64,000 bases of DNA from Ostrea edulis (taxonomy: Eukaryota). Shown here piece by piece: positions 48,201 to 58,100 of the stretch; the first letter of the stretch is position 1; the number at the start of each line of letters is the position of its first letter. The DNA is taken from contig NC_079164.1 in the NCBI RefSeq assembly GCF_947568905.1, positions 3,534,001 through 3,598,000 of the forward strand, written 5' to 3'. The notes beneath the pieces are model-generated. The model worked only from the letters and a program-made list of their open reading frames with translations. It had not been told where the DNA came from and searched no databases. The position numbers and the translations under genes are program-made.

Positions 48201-51200
48201 TTTATATACATCTTTGTTAGCCGAGGGTTTATGATCCACTCTGCTTCTCTTTATCGTAAACCCGTAGCTAGCGAAAATGATCCTTATAGGATTTTTTTCT
48301 TTTGGTGAGAAATCCTTGCATCCACCCTTAACCAAAAATAAGACGTTCAAAATAAAATAAGTAATTAATCTAATATCAACAAGCATTCTGAGAGTATTGC
48401 ATGGCAATACATTGTCCCCTACCGGTTGCAAAAATCACTGTACCACAACAATATTCAAAGTTCATTATGTAGGTTATGGTAAAAGGGAAAATTGGGGAAC
48501 CAGGATAGGAATGATTGGAAATAAACTACTATTCGAGTAGAGACTAGACCAAGAAAAAAGACAAATTTATAATTAGGTTTAGGTCTTTAACCAAGTTAAT
48601 AAAATGTGACATGTAGATGATCATGAATAATTTATCTATATTGTAGTATTACTATGCTAGAAGTTTTAATGAGTGTAGTATTCTTAATTCTTATCTACAG
48701 AGATAAGAAACTTGGATGTAAACTAACAATTCATGCTATTTTTCTACGTCCAACGGCCATAACTTAATGGAAAATCAACGGACCAAGATGAAATTCAAAC
48801 TTGATCTGTAACTTGTTATGACAAAGCAATGTACCAAATATCAACTGAATATCTGCAAGAACAGAGGAAAAAAGTGCAGAAAACTGGACTGACGGACAGA
48901 CGGACGCCGTACAGACAGACCTAAAGTCCCCTCGACTTCATCAGTAGGGGACTATAAAAACCAAAAAAAAAACAACAAATTAATCTGTTGGTTTTGTAAA
49001 TCACTCCACATACCCCGACAGGTAAAGTAAGAAAGGGCACAGCTGGTCGTTCACAAGCGGCTAGGAAGAGGAGACCCAGGGCAGCCACAAGGTCCAGAAC
49101 CTTGAACCACTGGTGGTGGGCGATTTGGTAGGCCGGCAGGGCACTGAAGCTCCTGGGGTGGGTATAGAACTTGTCGTTATTTTCCCCCTCCTGCAGAAAT
49201 ATGGCCGCCTCCTGATAGTTAAGGTCCCACAGCCTTTTGTTCTCTCTCCGAGACATATTTTCCCTGATGGGAAACTCGTACCCCATGTTGCCTGTATCAT
49301 TGACGATTTCATATTCAGACTCCGCTAAAAAATATAACACAAGTATAATATCAAATTTATGTCATACTAACTTTAGAAAACCTCTTCACATGCTCATATT
49401 AAACTCTGAACATTTATACAAAGTCATACACAGTCAAACTTTGGTTACAGCAAACCTCCAAAGCCGACAAAAAAAGTTTGTTATAAACAAGGTTTGAAGC
49501 TTTGTTATATCCTATGCCATTATTTTCCTCTTGTAAGGGAATAATTCAAAATCACTTTGCAATAAGCATGAATTTGTTATAAGCATATTTCTTAAAAGTA
49601 TGTTTTTCTGTATGACAGACCCGCATATGATGCAAATAATTATAAATTGACACATGTAAGTACATGTCTATATGTGTGACAAATTTTGTTAAAGAGGTAC
49701 TAAGTAAAAATATTGATGCACTATGACGAAGCACAAGAGTTCTACATTAAATACAAACATCACATATATAATAAATCCATCTTTAATGGATCTGAGGTAG
49801 AATACACTTAAAAGATTGGGGAATAACTTCACACCCTGTCACAGGCCTCTGCTCCTGTTCAAATTTCTAAACTACCCATCCTCTCATAAACTGTGCATCT
49901 TCCTTTTTAAATACATGCAACTCACCAGCAACACCCCTCCCTAAAAATGGGCAACAAAATTCCATTGGCAGAAATTACAGCCCCCCCCCCCCTCAACTGG
50001 ACCCTTCAAAATGGACAGTAGAATTCAATTCAAATAAATTATGATAGTAAGATGGACACAAATAAGCTACCAATTGTGAGATGTTCTCATGTTACAGGGA
50101 AATGCCTGGTTTGAAACATTTACTAAAATTCTTCAGTGATATTTGTATGTGTGTGTAAGCTCTAGAGTAAATGAACTACATGTATACCCATTAGCTATTT
50201 ATAGCAACTCTACCTGAGTATACACCTGTACAGCCTGACCATTATCACTGATTGCTGAATGATAAGAATTAAAAACAATGCTGACACAAACATACAAAAC
50301 AGTGATTAACAATGAGACAATGATTTCATTAGAGAATAAAATTCACACAGGGGTACAAAGATCTACCCTGTGGGTTATAAAACCTTTTTGAGCACATTTT
50401 CATATTCAAACTCAAACTCTGTGCTGAAAATCTTACTCATACTCAAAAGTAAAGATTACAAAACTTTCATAAAATCAGCCTCACACCAAACTGGAGTACA
50501 GGGGTTCCAACAGTCTCATTTAAAATCAGCATTTCGCAAATTCTAAGGTTGTTATAACGATCTTAAGTTCGTTAATACAACATATCATTGGGTCAAATGC
50601 TGTCTGGCATGCTTTATACCGATTGTTAAGCCGTTCTTGGCACACTGATTTTGACTAAGGATGGACTCCGTTTACCTGATCAGGAAATAGGGCTCACGGC
50701 GGGTGTGACCGGTTGACAGGGGATGCTTACTCCTCCTAGGCACCTGATCCACCTCTGGGGTGTCCAGGGGTCTGTGTTTGCCCAACTCTCTATTTTGTAT
50801 TACTTATAAGAGTTATGAGATTGATCACTGTTCGTTATCTTCACCTTTATAAGAGTTATGAGATTGATCACTGTTCGTTATCTTCACCTTTATAGGAGTT
50901 ATGAGATTTGTCACTGTTCGTTATCTTCACCTTTTATAGGAGTTATGAGATTGATCACTGTTCGTTATCTTCACCTTTATAGGAGTTATGAGATTGATCA
51001 CTGTTCATTATCTTCACCTTTATAAGAGTTATGAGATTGATCACTGTTCGTTATCTTCACCTTTATAAGAGTTATGAGATTTGTCACTGTTCATTATATT
51101 CACCTTTATAGGAGTTATGAGATTGATCACTGTTCATTTTTTTTACCTTTCATGCTTAAGATTTTCGAGTATGCTTCAGAGCTTGCTCAGAGTTTTACTC

Positions 51201-54200
51201 AAAACAAACATGGCTACATAAAAAAGTTTAATAACCTCCAGGCCCGAATGTGAGAGCCTAACCACAAAGAAAATCACATTGAAATTATTCATTTTTATTT
51301 AGCTCTGTTGAATTATTTTGTGTGAGAGCTCATGCAACAATCCGAGTAACTGAGCAAATTAAGAACCAAGCTGGATCTGAAGGTCACATGTGGCTGTTTA
51401 ATCTTAATCTGAAGGTCACATGTGGCTGTTTAATCTTAATCTGAAGGTCAGACTAAAAGATCAGGAATACATGTGCAGAGTTTATCAGTCAGCCGTCAGA
51501 ACTGATATTTGATCTTTAAAATTGCTTTCATAAATCTACAAATGTTTCATATTAGTATATCATCAACAGTGATACCATATTTTTACAATCAATAAAATAC
51601 TGAAATTAACCAACCATCCCATAATTACTAGTACACAAAGTATATAAATTATTTCCTCTGAGGACACCCTGCCTGAAGTTTTTCTCAATATCTTGTAATG
51701 TTTATAACTAACGGGACAAAAATCCAGTGAAGTAGTTGCGCAACCTCTTAGCCACAACGGAAGCTATGATATTGTTACACACTGGGATATCCATTAACAA
51801 TTGTATATAGGACAAGTACACCCGGGATTAGTTTCCCTATTGAGTCATCAACATTTTAGTAATTTATCACTGAATTTCATTATTTTTTTAATTTGGATAA
51901 ACACATTGAACATCAATAAAAATGCCCATCTGACATTAAATTTTTTTTTTTTTGGCTTGATGTACTCCGTTTCACATTTTCTGAATTATGTAACACATGA
52001 AAATCAGATTTACAAATTTGCTGATGTTTTCATTACATGCATTACAGTTACACAGATTCCATGTTCATTAATAAAGAGGTTAAAGTTTTCAATTCGTTCA
52101 TAATAGAAATAATTCTGAAATTTTCAGAGGAAGTTTAAAACTAATTCAAACAATCTCTAAATAGAATTTCATGAACTTCAAAGTACTTAAAAAAATAATC
52201 CAGTTGGAGCGATTTTGACGGTTGGTACGTGTACAACAAACAAATCACTTTTTTTATTGTTTAAGCCCAATTTGTTCATCGGATGCACATGATGCAATAC
52301 AATAAAAAAAAAAAGTTCATAGCTTAATTTTTTTTCCAGAAAATGTCGGAGCTACAATTCTGTCATTGTTCTATTAGATACTTTGTAACATAGCTAGGTA
52401 ATGTGATCAGTTTCTAAAACTCCAGAGCATTAAAAATATTGTTACACTGGAAGTGATGGCTTTCGTTTGTTTTAATTTTTCCATCAATTTACCTTCAACT
52501 TTGAGGAAATATACTAAATAAATGTCATTTGGGCAGTCCTTTCAGATTTTAATATGTATTAAAAATCATTGCAGACCCTGTGCCATGTAAGCACTTGACA
52601 TATAATGGTAGTATAGGGCAAAGTCTTCTCTCTCACAGCTCTCCCTATACATGTTGTTTAAAAGGAAAATATGATAGTAAAATAATGAAAAATTAAACCT
52701 TAATTACCTATGGAACTTGAAAACATTGGTCAAAATGGTGCAGATTTAAATGCAAGCACGAGGACCTGTACTTCACCATTTTGAATCTCGTGTACCCAAG
52801 TTTCATATATAATATCCGTAAATGGAAAACCATATTTCATCAATCATATCACTCCTCGATTGAACCAGGTCTCATATGTTTGTAAATATGCTAAACACCA
52901 CTGCTAAACATGACATCACAATGCTCTTTTTACATCAATTGCATTATATTTCCCGCGTTCAATGAGTAGGCGGACGAAATGTCTAAAGTCCACAAAGGAC
53001 CACAATGGAAACTAGCTATATGCTAATTTGTGTTATCCTGGATAAATAAGTGCTATTATCATTAATGTCATGTAACAAGATGTAAAGATGACAGCTATCT
53101 GTACACATCAGGATAACTTCAATTTTTTTAAACCTGTTATGGATATAAATACTAATACCAATACTTTTAGCTTCGCCCTAAAACATGGTCATGCAATAAT
53201 TAAGGCATAATTGGCATTTTTAATTATGAGACTTTGCTTCAACATAGAGGTCAACTTGAATACTGTTATACTTCATAATGCCATAACATATGAAGTATAT
53301 ATAGGTTATATTTTCTTTAATGTGCTATGAACATAAAATTATTGCTATGATTATTTTTGGGGGGGCAACAAATTAGAATTGATATTAAACTATATCAGTA
53401 ACAAGAATGAAAACATGGTTAATTCTAATGTATTGGCTATATTCTTGTCTAAAGGTATCACAGGCACCTGAATTTCAAGTGAAAAGTTTAAAGGGAAAAG
53501 ATGTAATTACTCAGTTTTCACTCTTATTTCAGGGGAGATAACTTTGTCAAACTCATAACTTTCTACTTAAAGGACACAACGCATGTTTCTAAACTTTTTC
53601 ATTTTTTCAGCAAAATTAACTCTTTTTATGCTTAAAACTACTTTAAATGTGTTTTAAATGAAATATTTTGCGTAGTTTTTGAGTTTGAAAGCGATGAAAT
53701 TCAAATCTTGCGATATGCATATTTTCTTTCGCTAGTTTACGCGCCATTATGTGTGACGTCATATGCGCCCTCGGGTTTGAAAACGTCTATTAGCCATTTC
53801 ATAAACAGATTAGATTTAATCGACAAAAAACCAATTATCATGTTAACGGCTTGTAAATAATAATGCATTAAGATGTTTTGTGCCAAGCTCAGGTGTACTA
53901 GTTGTCGGTAGAAAGGATTTAGGCTGAGTATTTTTCAATTTTTCGAAGGAAGGTACGAGAAAAAAGACGTGGAGAATTTTTTTGTTGGAGCAAGAACTTT
54001 ACCTTAAAAAAACACACCCAGTCACCTTTTCAAACACCGCTTGGACAGAGACCCTGATAAACTGCCAGAAAACTTCTTAAGAAGTATGATTTCACCATCA
54101 AAAGAGTGGTACAAGCTCTCAATTATTTTATATGAATTTTTTGTGATTTTTCCCGGAATCTTAAAAAAGGTGTTTTGCTTGCAAATAAGAGATTCTTGAG

Positions 54201-54831
54201 TAAAATTTTTGTTGTGATTTGGTGCATGATATGAATATCTAATAAATCATGCCTAAAAGATTCAGATATAGAATCTAATACAATATATTTTACTGATATA
54301 TCTTTTTTTCAAAGTGACATTTATCCGTAGATTAAAAAAAATATCAGCAAATAACGTTTTCGATTTTCATAAAAAAAAATTATTTAAAAAATTAGATGTC
54401 TATCTGAGTCCTTTAGGCATGTTTTCTTAGATATTTATATTATGCATCAAATCACAGCAAAATTTGGACTCTAGAGTATTATACAAAAAATTGCAAACAA
54501 AGTACCTTTTTTTATCATTCCGGAATAAATCACAAAAAAATTCACATAGAATTCGATGGTGAAATCATAGTTTATAAGAGGTGTTTTAATGAGCCATTGA
54601 ATAAAAATTAAGTGTACAGGCTAACTTTGATACGTACGAAACCAACATCCATTGAACTTAACAATTTTGTGAGAAAAAATGATTGACAAATAATTTTTTT
54701 CAAGTCACTGCCTTACTTTTTAATGAAATTTTAAAGAAATTTAGGAAAATATCCTAATCAAACTTACACAGGCTAGACGTTCTTCTATTTTCTTGGAGAG
54801 AGCGAAGAGGCCGTTCTCCATCACCCGCCAT
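15083..54831 (-). CDS. TPCN1: Two-pore channel TPC1, 26 coding exons, 816 aa. Exons 5'->3': 54831-54768, 49324-49014, 45802-45689, 42949-42819, 42450-42362, 41906-41872, 39729-39671, 39293-39194, 35023-34907, 34053-33990, 33892-33783, 33550-33484, 30997-30953, 30186-30130, 29749-29684, 29552-29480, 28773-28669, 27710-27639, 26809-26720, 25223-25126, 23964-23918, 23482-23414, 19765-19675, 19115-18994, 17125-17048, 15259-15083
   Basis: All introns are GT-AG, all phases are compatible, and the total is 2451 nt. TPC1 motifs: WDLNYQEAAIFLQEGENNDKFYTHP, FRHKRT, HFRVTRALRPLF, filter I LLTTANFPDVM, VLRPFRLLRLF, GYYYLNDF, filter II FELTVVNNWF, RGERTRNKIDFSLRMHGDEVKSWLEEE. Confidence 0.96.
15885..16460. 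repeat. 34-bp minisatellite (AGTAAACTTCCTTACAATGTATTGGTAACAGTAT)n
   Basis: About 17 units in TPCN1 intron 25. Confidence 0.95.
16683..16950 (-). mobile_element. Interspersed SINE-like repeat, copy 3
   Basis: Shares GAAGGGCTGCAAAATTTAGGCCTATGCTCGG...TTTGAGCAGGGAGGGATCTTT...CTTACGACAAGCAAGGGGTAC with the other two copies. Confidence 0.7.
17317..18669. mobile_element. Non-autonomous DNA element with a 121-bp terminal hairpin and 15-bp inverted repeats (possibly Crypton-like)
   Basis: Perfect 38-bp arms at 17317-17354 and 17400-17437. IR TATATCATATACCTA (17441-55) pairs with TAGGTATATGATATA (18655-69). Confidence 0.55.
20130..22105. repeat. About 2-kb satellite of 26-bp and 18-bp units (AAAGAACAGAATGGTCAC[CACATCAC])
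   Basis: Tandem units; this array produces all ORF calls between 20143 and 22233. Confidence 0.97.
24145..24917. mobile_element. TIR DNA element, hAT-like, with a 5-bp flanking repeat
   Basis: CAGGGATTTTT / AAAAATCACTG ends, with TTATC on both sides. Confidence 0.6.
25398..26068 (+). mobile_element. HINE/pearl-like element with about 165-bp core repeats
   Basis: About 3 core repeats, a GACGGACTGA tract, and the 3' hairpin ATACCCTCCGCAACTTCGTTGCGTGGGGTAT. Confidence 0.7.
26121..26510. repeat. 50-bp minisatellite, about 8 nearly identical units
   Basis: TACAGACAAAGACACTG... recurs every 50 bp. Confidence 0.95.
27695..28625. repeat. 55/60-bp tandem array containing the TPCN1 exon-18 acceptor, 17 copies
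   Basis: CCGGAATA occurs at 27701, then every 55 bp from 27756 to 28361, then at 28421, 28476, 28536 and 28596. Confidence 0.97.
31148..33311 (+). mobile_element. HINE/pearl-like element with about 158-bp core repeats, interrupted by a hAT insertion
   Basis: AACAAGATGTACTGTGAGC head, core repeats at 32590-33210, (GACA/GACG)n at 33216-33265, and the 3' hairpin ATACCCCCCAGAACTTCGTTCAGGGGGTAT. Confidence 0.8.
31423..32570 (+). mobile_element. Internally deleted hAT transposon carrying a TTF-type zinc-finger remnant
   Basis: Imperfect TIRs CAGTGTTC/GAGCACTG and a perfect 8-bp TSD GGTATGAC (31415-22, 32571-78). ORF 32117-32320 encodes KRKFNREWLRYD..LMFCDIC..NVFTEGC. Confidence 0.85.
35235..35820. 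repeat. About 58-bp minisatellite, about 10 units
   Basis: ACAGTAAAACTCTCCTTTTATACAGTGTGGGCACATTTACATCTAAATATTG repeated. Confidence 0.9.
36500..38038. mobile_element. PIF/Harbinger-like MITE containing a nested HINE
   Basis: TIRs GGGCTGTTCCAGAAAT / ATTTCTGGAATAGCCC, TAA on both flanks, and subterminal G and C tracts. Confidence 0.8.
36632..37153 (+). mobile_element. HINE/pearl-like element with 146-bp core repeats
   Basis: AACAAGAGGTACTGTGAGC head, about 2 core units, (GACG)n, and the 3' hairpin GTATACCCCC..ACAACTTGTTGCAGGGGGTAT. Confidence 0.85.
38335..38810. repeat. 36-bp minisatellite (CCAAATTATACAGTAAAACACGGTCATAGTGAACCT)n
   Basis: About 13 units; shares its core with the longer units at 35878-36345. 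Confidence 0.92.
39758..41476. repeat. 1.7-kb satellite of 44/38-bp units (CAGCAGCCTAACTACCACGCTTCAGCTGAACGATTTCT[CAATCA])
   Basis: About 40 units in TPCN1 intron 6, ending about 28 nt from the exon-7 acceptor. Confidence 0.97.
43520..45243. mobile_element. TIR DNA element with TA target site (Tc1/mariner-like MITE)
   Basis: TIRs AGTCCCTGAAACGTTC / GAACGTTTCAGGGACT, flanking TA, and subterminal GAACGGTGAGC/GAACGGTGAACGC repeats at both ends. Confidence 0.7.
46245..46770. repeat. About 56-64-bp minisatellite
   Basis: CATCGAATCACATCTCTAATCACTTTGTACTAGGTCTTGTGCT repeated about 9 times. Confidence 0.9.
47663..48070 (+). mobile_element. Kolobok-like MITE with a duplicated 62-bp left end and an internal tRNA-like segment
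   Basis: TTAAGGTAGCTCCCTACAC occurs twice (47663, 47725). A degenerate inverse GTGTAGTGAGCCAC lies near 48055. A/B-box-like stretch at 47837-47900. Confidence 0.45.
48376..48960 (+). mobile_element. HINE/pearl-like element
   Basis: AACAAGC head, GACGGACAGACGGACG tract, and the 3' hairpin AGTCCCCTCGACTTCATCAGTAGGGGACT followed by an A tract. Confidence 0.6.
50499..50835 (+). mobile_element. Decayed 3' fragment of a Penelope-like retroelement
   Basis: Translates as QGFQQSHLKSAFRKF*GCYNDL, resembling the C-terminal RT region of Penelope-like elements, followed by a terminal repeat region. Confidence 0.5.
54085..54569. mobile_element. MITE with long inverted arms in TPCN1 intron 1; related fragment at about 4600-4970
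   Basis: TATGATTTCACCATC / GATGGTGAAATCATA plus further inverted blocks (TGTGATTTGGTGCATGATAT / ATTATGCATCAAATCACA). Confidence 0.55.
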
Positions 54832-55199
54832 ATTTGTTTTCATTCATTCGGAACAATTTAAAAAGGGGTGTTCCGAATTAAAAGTAGTACGTTTATATTC
54901 ATTCGCAGTCACGTTCTACAAAATAAATTATCATTCCAATTACACAGAAGGATGTTTACTTAGTAAACTAGATATTATTGAAACTAATTTTAAAGTTGAA
55001 AAAATTGAAAACTATTAAAAACTATAATTAATTTGTTTTAAAATCCATGGCAAACGACATAGAACTATTTGTTGCTAGTGTAAGAAACAACAACACCATA
55101 TGAGTGATTTGACTTGACAAGATGGAAGGATATTTTTGTTAAATTTTGAAAGTTAACCTTTTGTGTGATTTGGCAAAAGATATTGTAATTTGAGGAAAT
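54832..55199. promoter_or_regulatory. Shared bidirectional promoter and 5'UTR region of TPCN1 and IQCD
   Basis: Divergent ATGs 368 bp apart. Both starts read AAATATGGCG. A 10-bp inverted repeat lies at 54846-54878. Confidence 0.75.
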
Positions 55200-58100
55200 A
55201 TGGCGACGGGACAAGTGTCGCGTGTCATCACGGAGGGTATTCCAGCTGAACCAACCCTAAACCTGAAGCTCCACATGCCTCAACCACCGAACAGTAAGTT
55301 TGGTGGTCCCCCAAATAAAATCAGGAATAAATTGCGACTCGATCCGTCAAGAGCATTAGAACCGACACGAAAAAAGATTGCAACTATTGAGGCTCAGCGT
55401 GTAATGTCTGTGTTTGAGGATACAATAAGTAAAGCCGAGATTGTCACCATCCTACCATACATTTTGGAGAATAAAGAAAGATTTCGGGTCAGCCTCGGTG
55501 CCGAACTGTCTCTGTTACTAGACATTCATAAAAATACTGTAGATAGCTATGAAGAAATCAAGGAACAACTGGATATTCAGTTGCGTCAAAGACGTATCCG
55601 CACTGCTAGTACAGAGAAGAGTGAAGGATATGGTGGACATGGAATGGAGGACGCAGGTGAAGTTGGGGAAACACCCACTGAAAGTCCAGTTCCTGAAGCA
55701 GAAGCTAGGGATTACTCGAGGAGAGGCAGTATGGCAAGTGTCCAGTCTGCCAGATCGGTCCAATCTGTAGAGAGTTATGATAGCCAGACAGAGAGAACGA
55801 TGAGGAGTCTCAGTCTCGTGGCACAACAGCTGAGCAGTTCCTGCAAAAACATCCTCCGAGCATTCCTGGCCAATCCCAATGCGCTTAGCATGATAAAAAA
55901 TCAGGCAAGACGATCTGATAATAGTAACGTGTTAATCAAGGACATGTGTGACCTCCGTGATATCCTCCTGAACAAACTGCTGACCACTCCAGAAGAAGAG
56001 AGAGAGAGAATGCAGTACATCCAGGAAGTCTCTAAACGGGAACGACAGAACGCCACAGTCATTGAGGACCTAGAACAGAAACTCAAGGCTGCTATGGATG
56101 AAAAAGATGAAGAAGTACATACTTTTTTTAAAAATCATTATGAAAAAAAATTATATTTAAATTATTTTATCTAGTCTTTTGCATTTGCTTTGTTTTCTCA
56201 AAATTCTTTTCCCTGTACATTCAGTTTGATACTGAAAAATTGTATATTCATTGGTAAATACAAATGGCAGTAATAAGTTCTGTACAAGTATTTTGTGAAA
56301 CAATGATAGTTTTTTTTTTCAAAAGTCTTATGCTGTTATCATATTTAGCATGGTCAAATTATTTTGTTATCTTATTTTTTTTTCAGATTAAGAAGAAGAA
56401 CTCTGTTATCAGGAAGCTTCAGGCAGACCTCCGGCAGATTGAGAAGTTTTCTGACGAGAACAACAAAAGGGTAACCAATGAAGCAGAGAAACAAGAACAA
56501 GCGGATCTGAAGAACAGCGAAGGCAAAAAACAACGTTTAATGACGGAACTTAACCAGCTGAAAACTCAACTTCAGAATGCTGTTATGGAGCACAGAGAAA
56601 ATGAGCAGGAACTCAGAAGAGTATGTGTTGTTACTGAGCATGTAGAGCAGTAGTCACCTCCAATTCTCCTCCTGCGGCTGTCTGAAATGTCTGATGTTTT
56701 CTGATCTTGCAAAACCTTGGGGGGGGGGGGGGAATTTAAATATCTTTTTTAAATTGTGCCAGAAAACATCAGGAAATTTCAGATGCTCATATCCTCAACT
56801 ATATTTAGGTACACACTGAACAAGGATATAGATGAAAAATTTCAATGTAGATGTCAGACAAATGCCAAAAGCAGGCACTTTTCAGTAATGTTAATTATTG
56901 TCATGGGGAAGAAATTATTTCTATGATTTCATTTTGATTTCCTTTTAAAACTTTAAATATATATTCTCTTACCTAATTTTTATTTGCAAAAAATAGCAAC
57001 CCATATGGTAAATTCTTTGTATGGAAATAGATGACCGATTTTGATATATATATATATATATAGATGTTTGAAATATTTGCTGCTTTGTTAACTCTTTGTT
57101 CAGTGTTATCAAGTCGATATCTAGCACCCTGCACTCTCTGTAGATGTTGTACTCCATAGCACTCTCTTATAGCTCACTCCAAATAGCACTCTCTTATAGC
57201 TCACTCCAAGTAGCAATCCTTTATAGATCACTCCACATAAAGCACTCTCTTATAGCTCACTCCACATATCACTCTCTTCTAGATCACTCCACATAGTGCA
57301 CTCTCTTCTAGATCACTCCACATAGTACTCTCTTATAGATCACTCCACATACACTATAGCACTCTTTTTTAGCTCACTCCACATAACACTCTCTTCTAGA
57401 TCACTCCACATAGCACTTTCTTATAGCTCACTCCACATAGCCACATAGCACTCTCTTCTAGATCACTCCACATAACAATCTCTAGCTCACTCCACATAGC
57501 ACTTTCTTATAGATATTTCCACATAGTGCACTTTCTTAAAGCTCACTCCACATAACACTTTCTTCTAGATCACTCCACATACACTATAGCACTCTCAAAT
57601 AGCTCACTCCACTGTTCTAGATCATTCTACATTGCACTCTCTTCTAGATCACTATACATAGCACTCTCTTATAGCTCACTCCACATAGTGCACAAACCAG
57701 GTCACAAGTGTTGATCCATAGTTCTCGACTAGACGTTTTTATCCACTTTGCTCACTTTCTCTTGCGTACATTTCTTCACACAAGTACTATATAACACAAA
57801 GTACTTTTAACTGCTCATAATAAAGGCAGATAATAATAAATTGACATAGATTTTATCTCTCAACCATAATCACAACTGTGGCAGGTGAGGGAGTCTGGAA
57901 TAGTATTTTTGAATAGCAAGCTTTAAAAGAAACAAGAATTTTTTACCATCCAGAAAGTGTTTTAAGGAGGAATAATACACCAGAGAAATTTGATATAAAT
58001 GGAAAATGGAGGAGATATGTACAATTTTATTTTGAAATTGAAAAATTTCAAATTTACTTTAAAAAATGCAGTTTTAGTAGAAAATAACATGAAAAAAGAA

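Noticed and set aside
48921-49340. ORF-track protein starting MLYFLAESEY as the TPC1 start
   Set aside because: Both ends are intronic. The real exon is 49324-49014, spliced in phase to exon 54831-54768.
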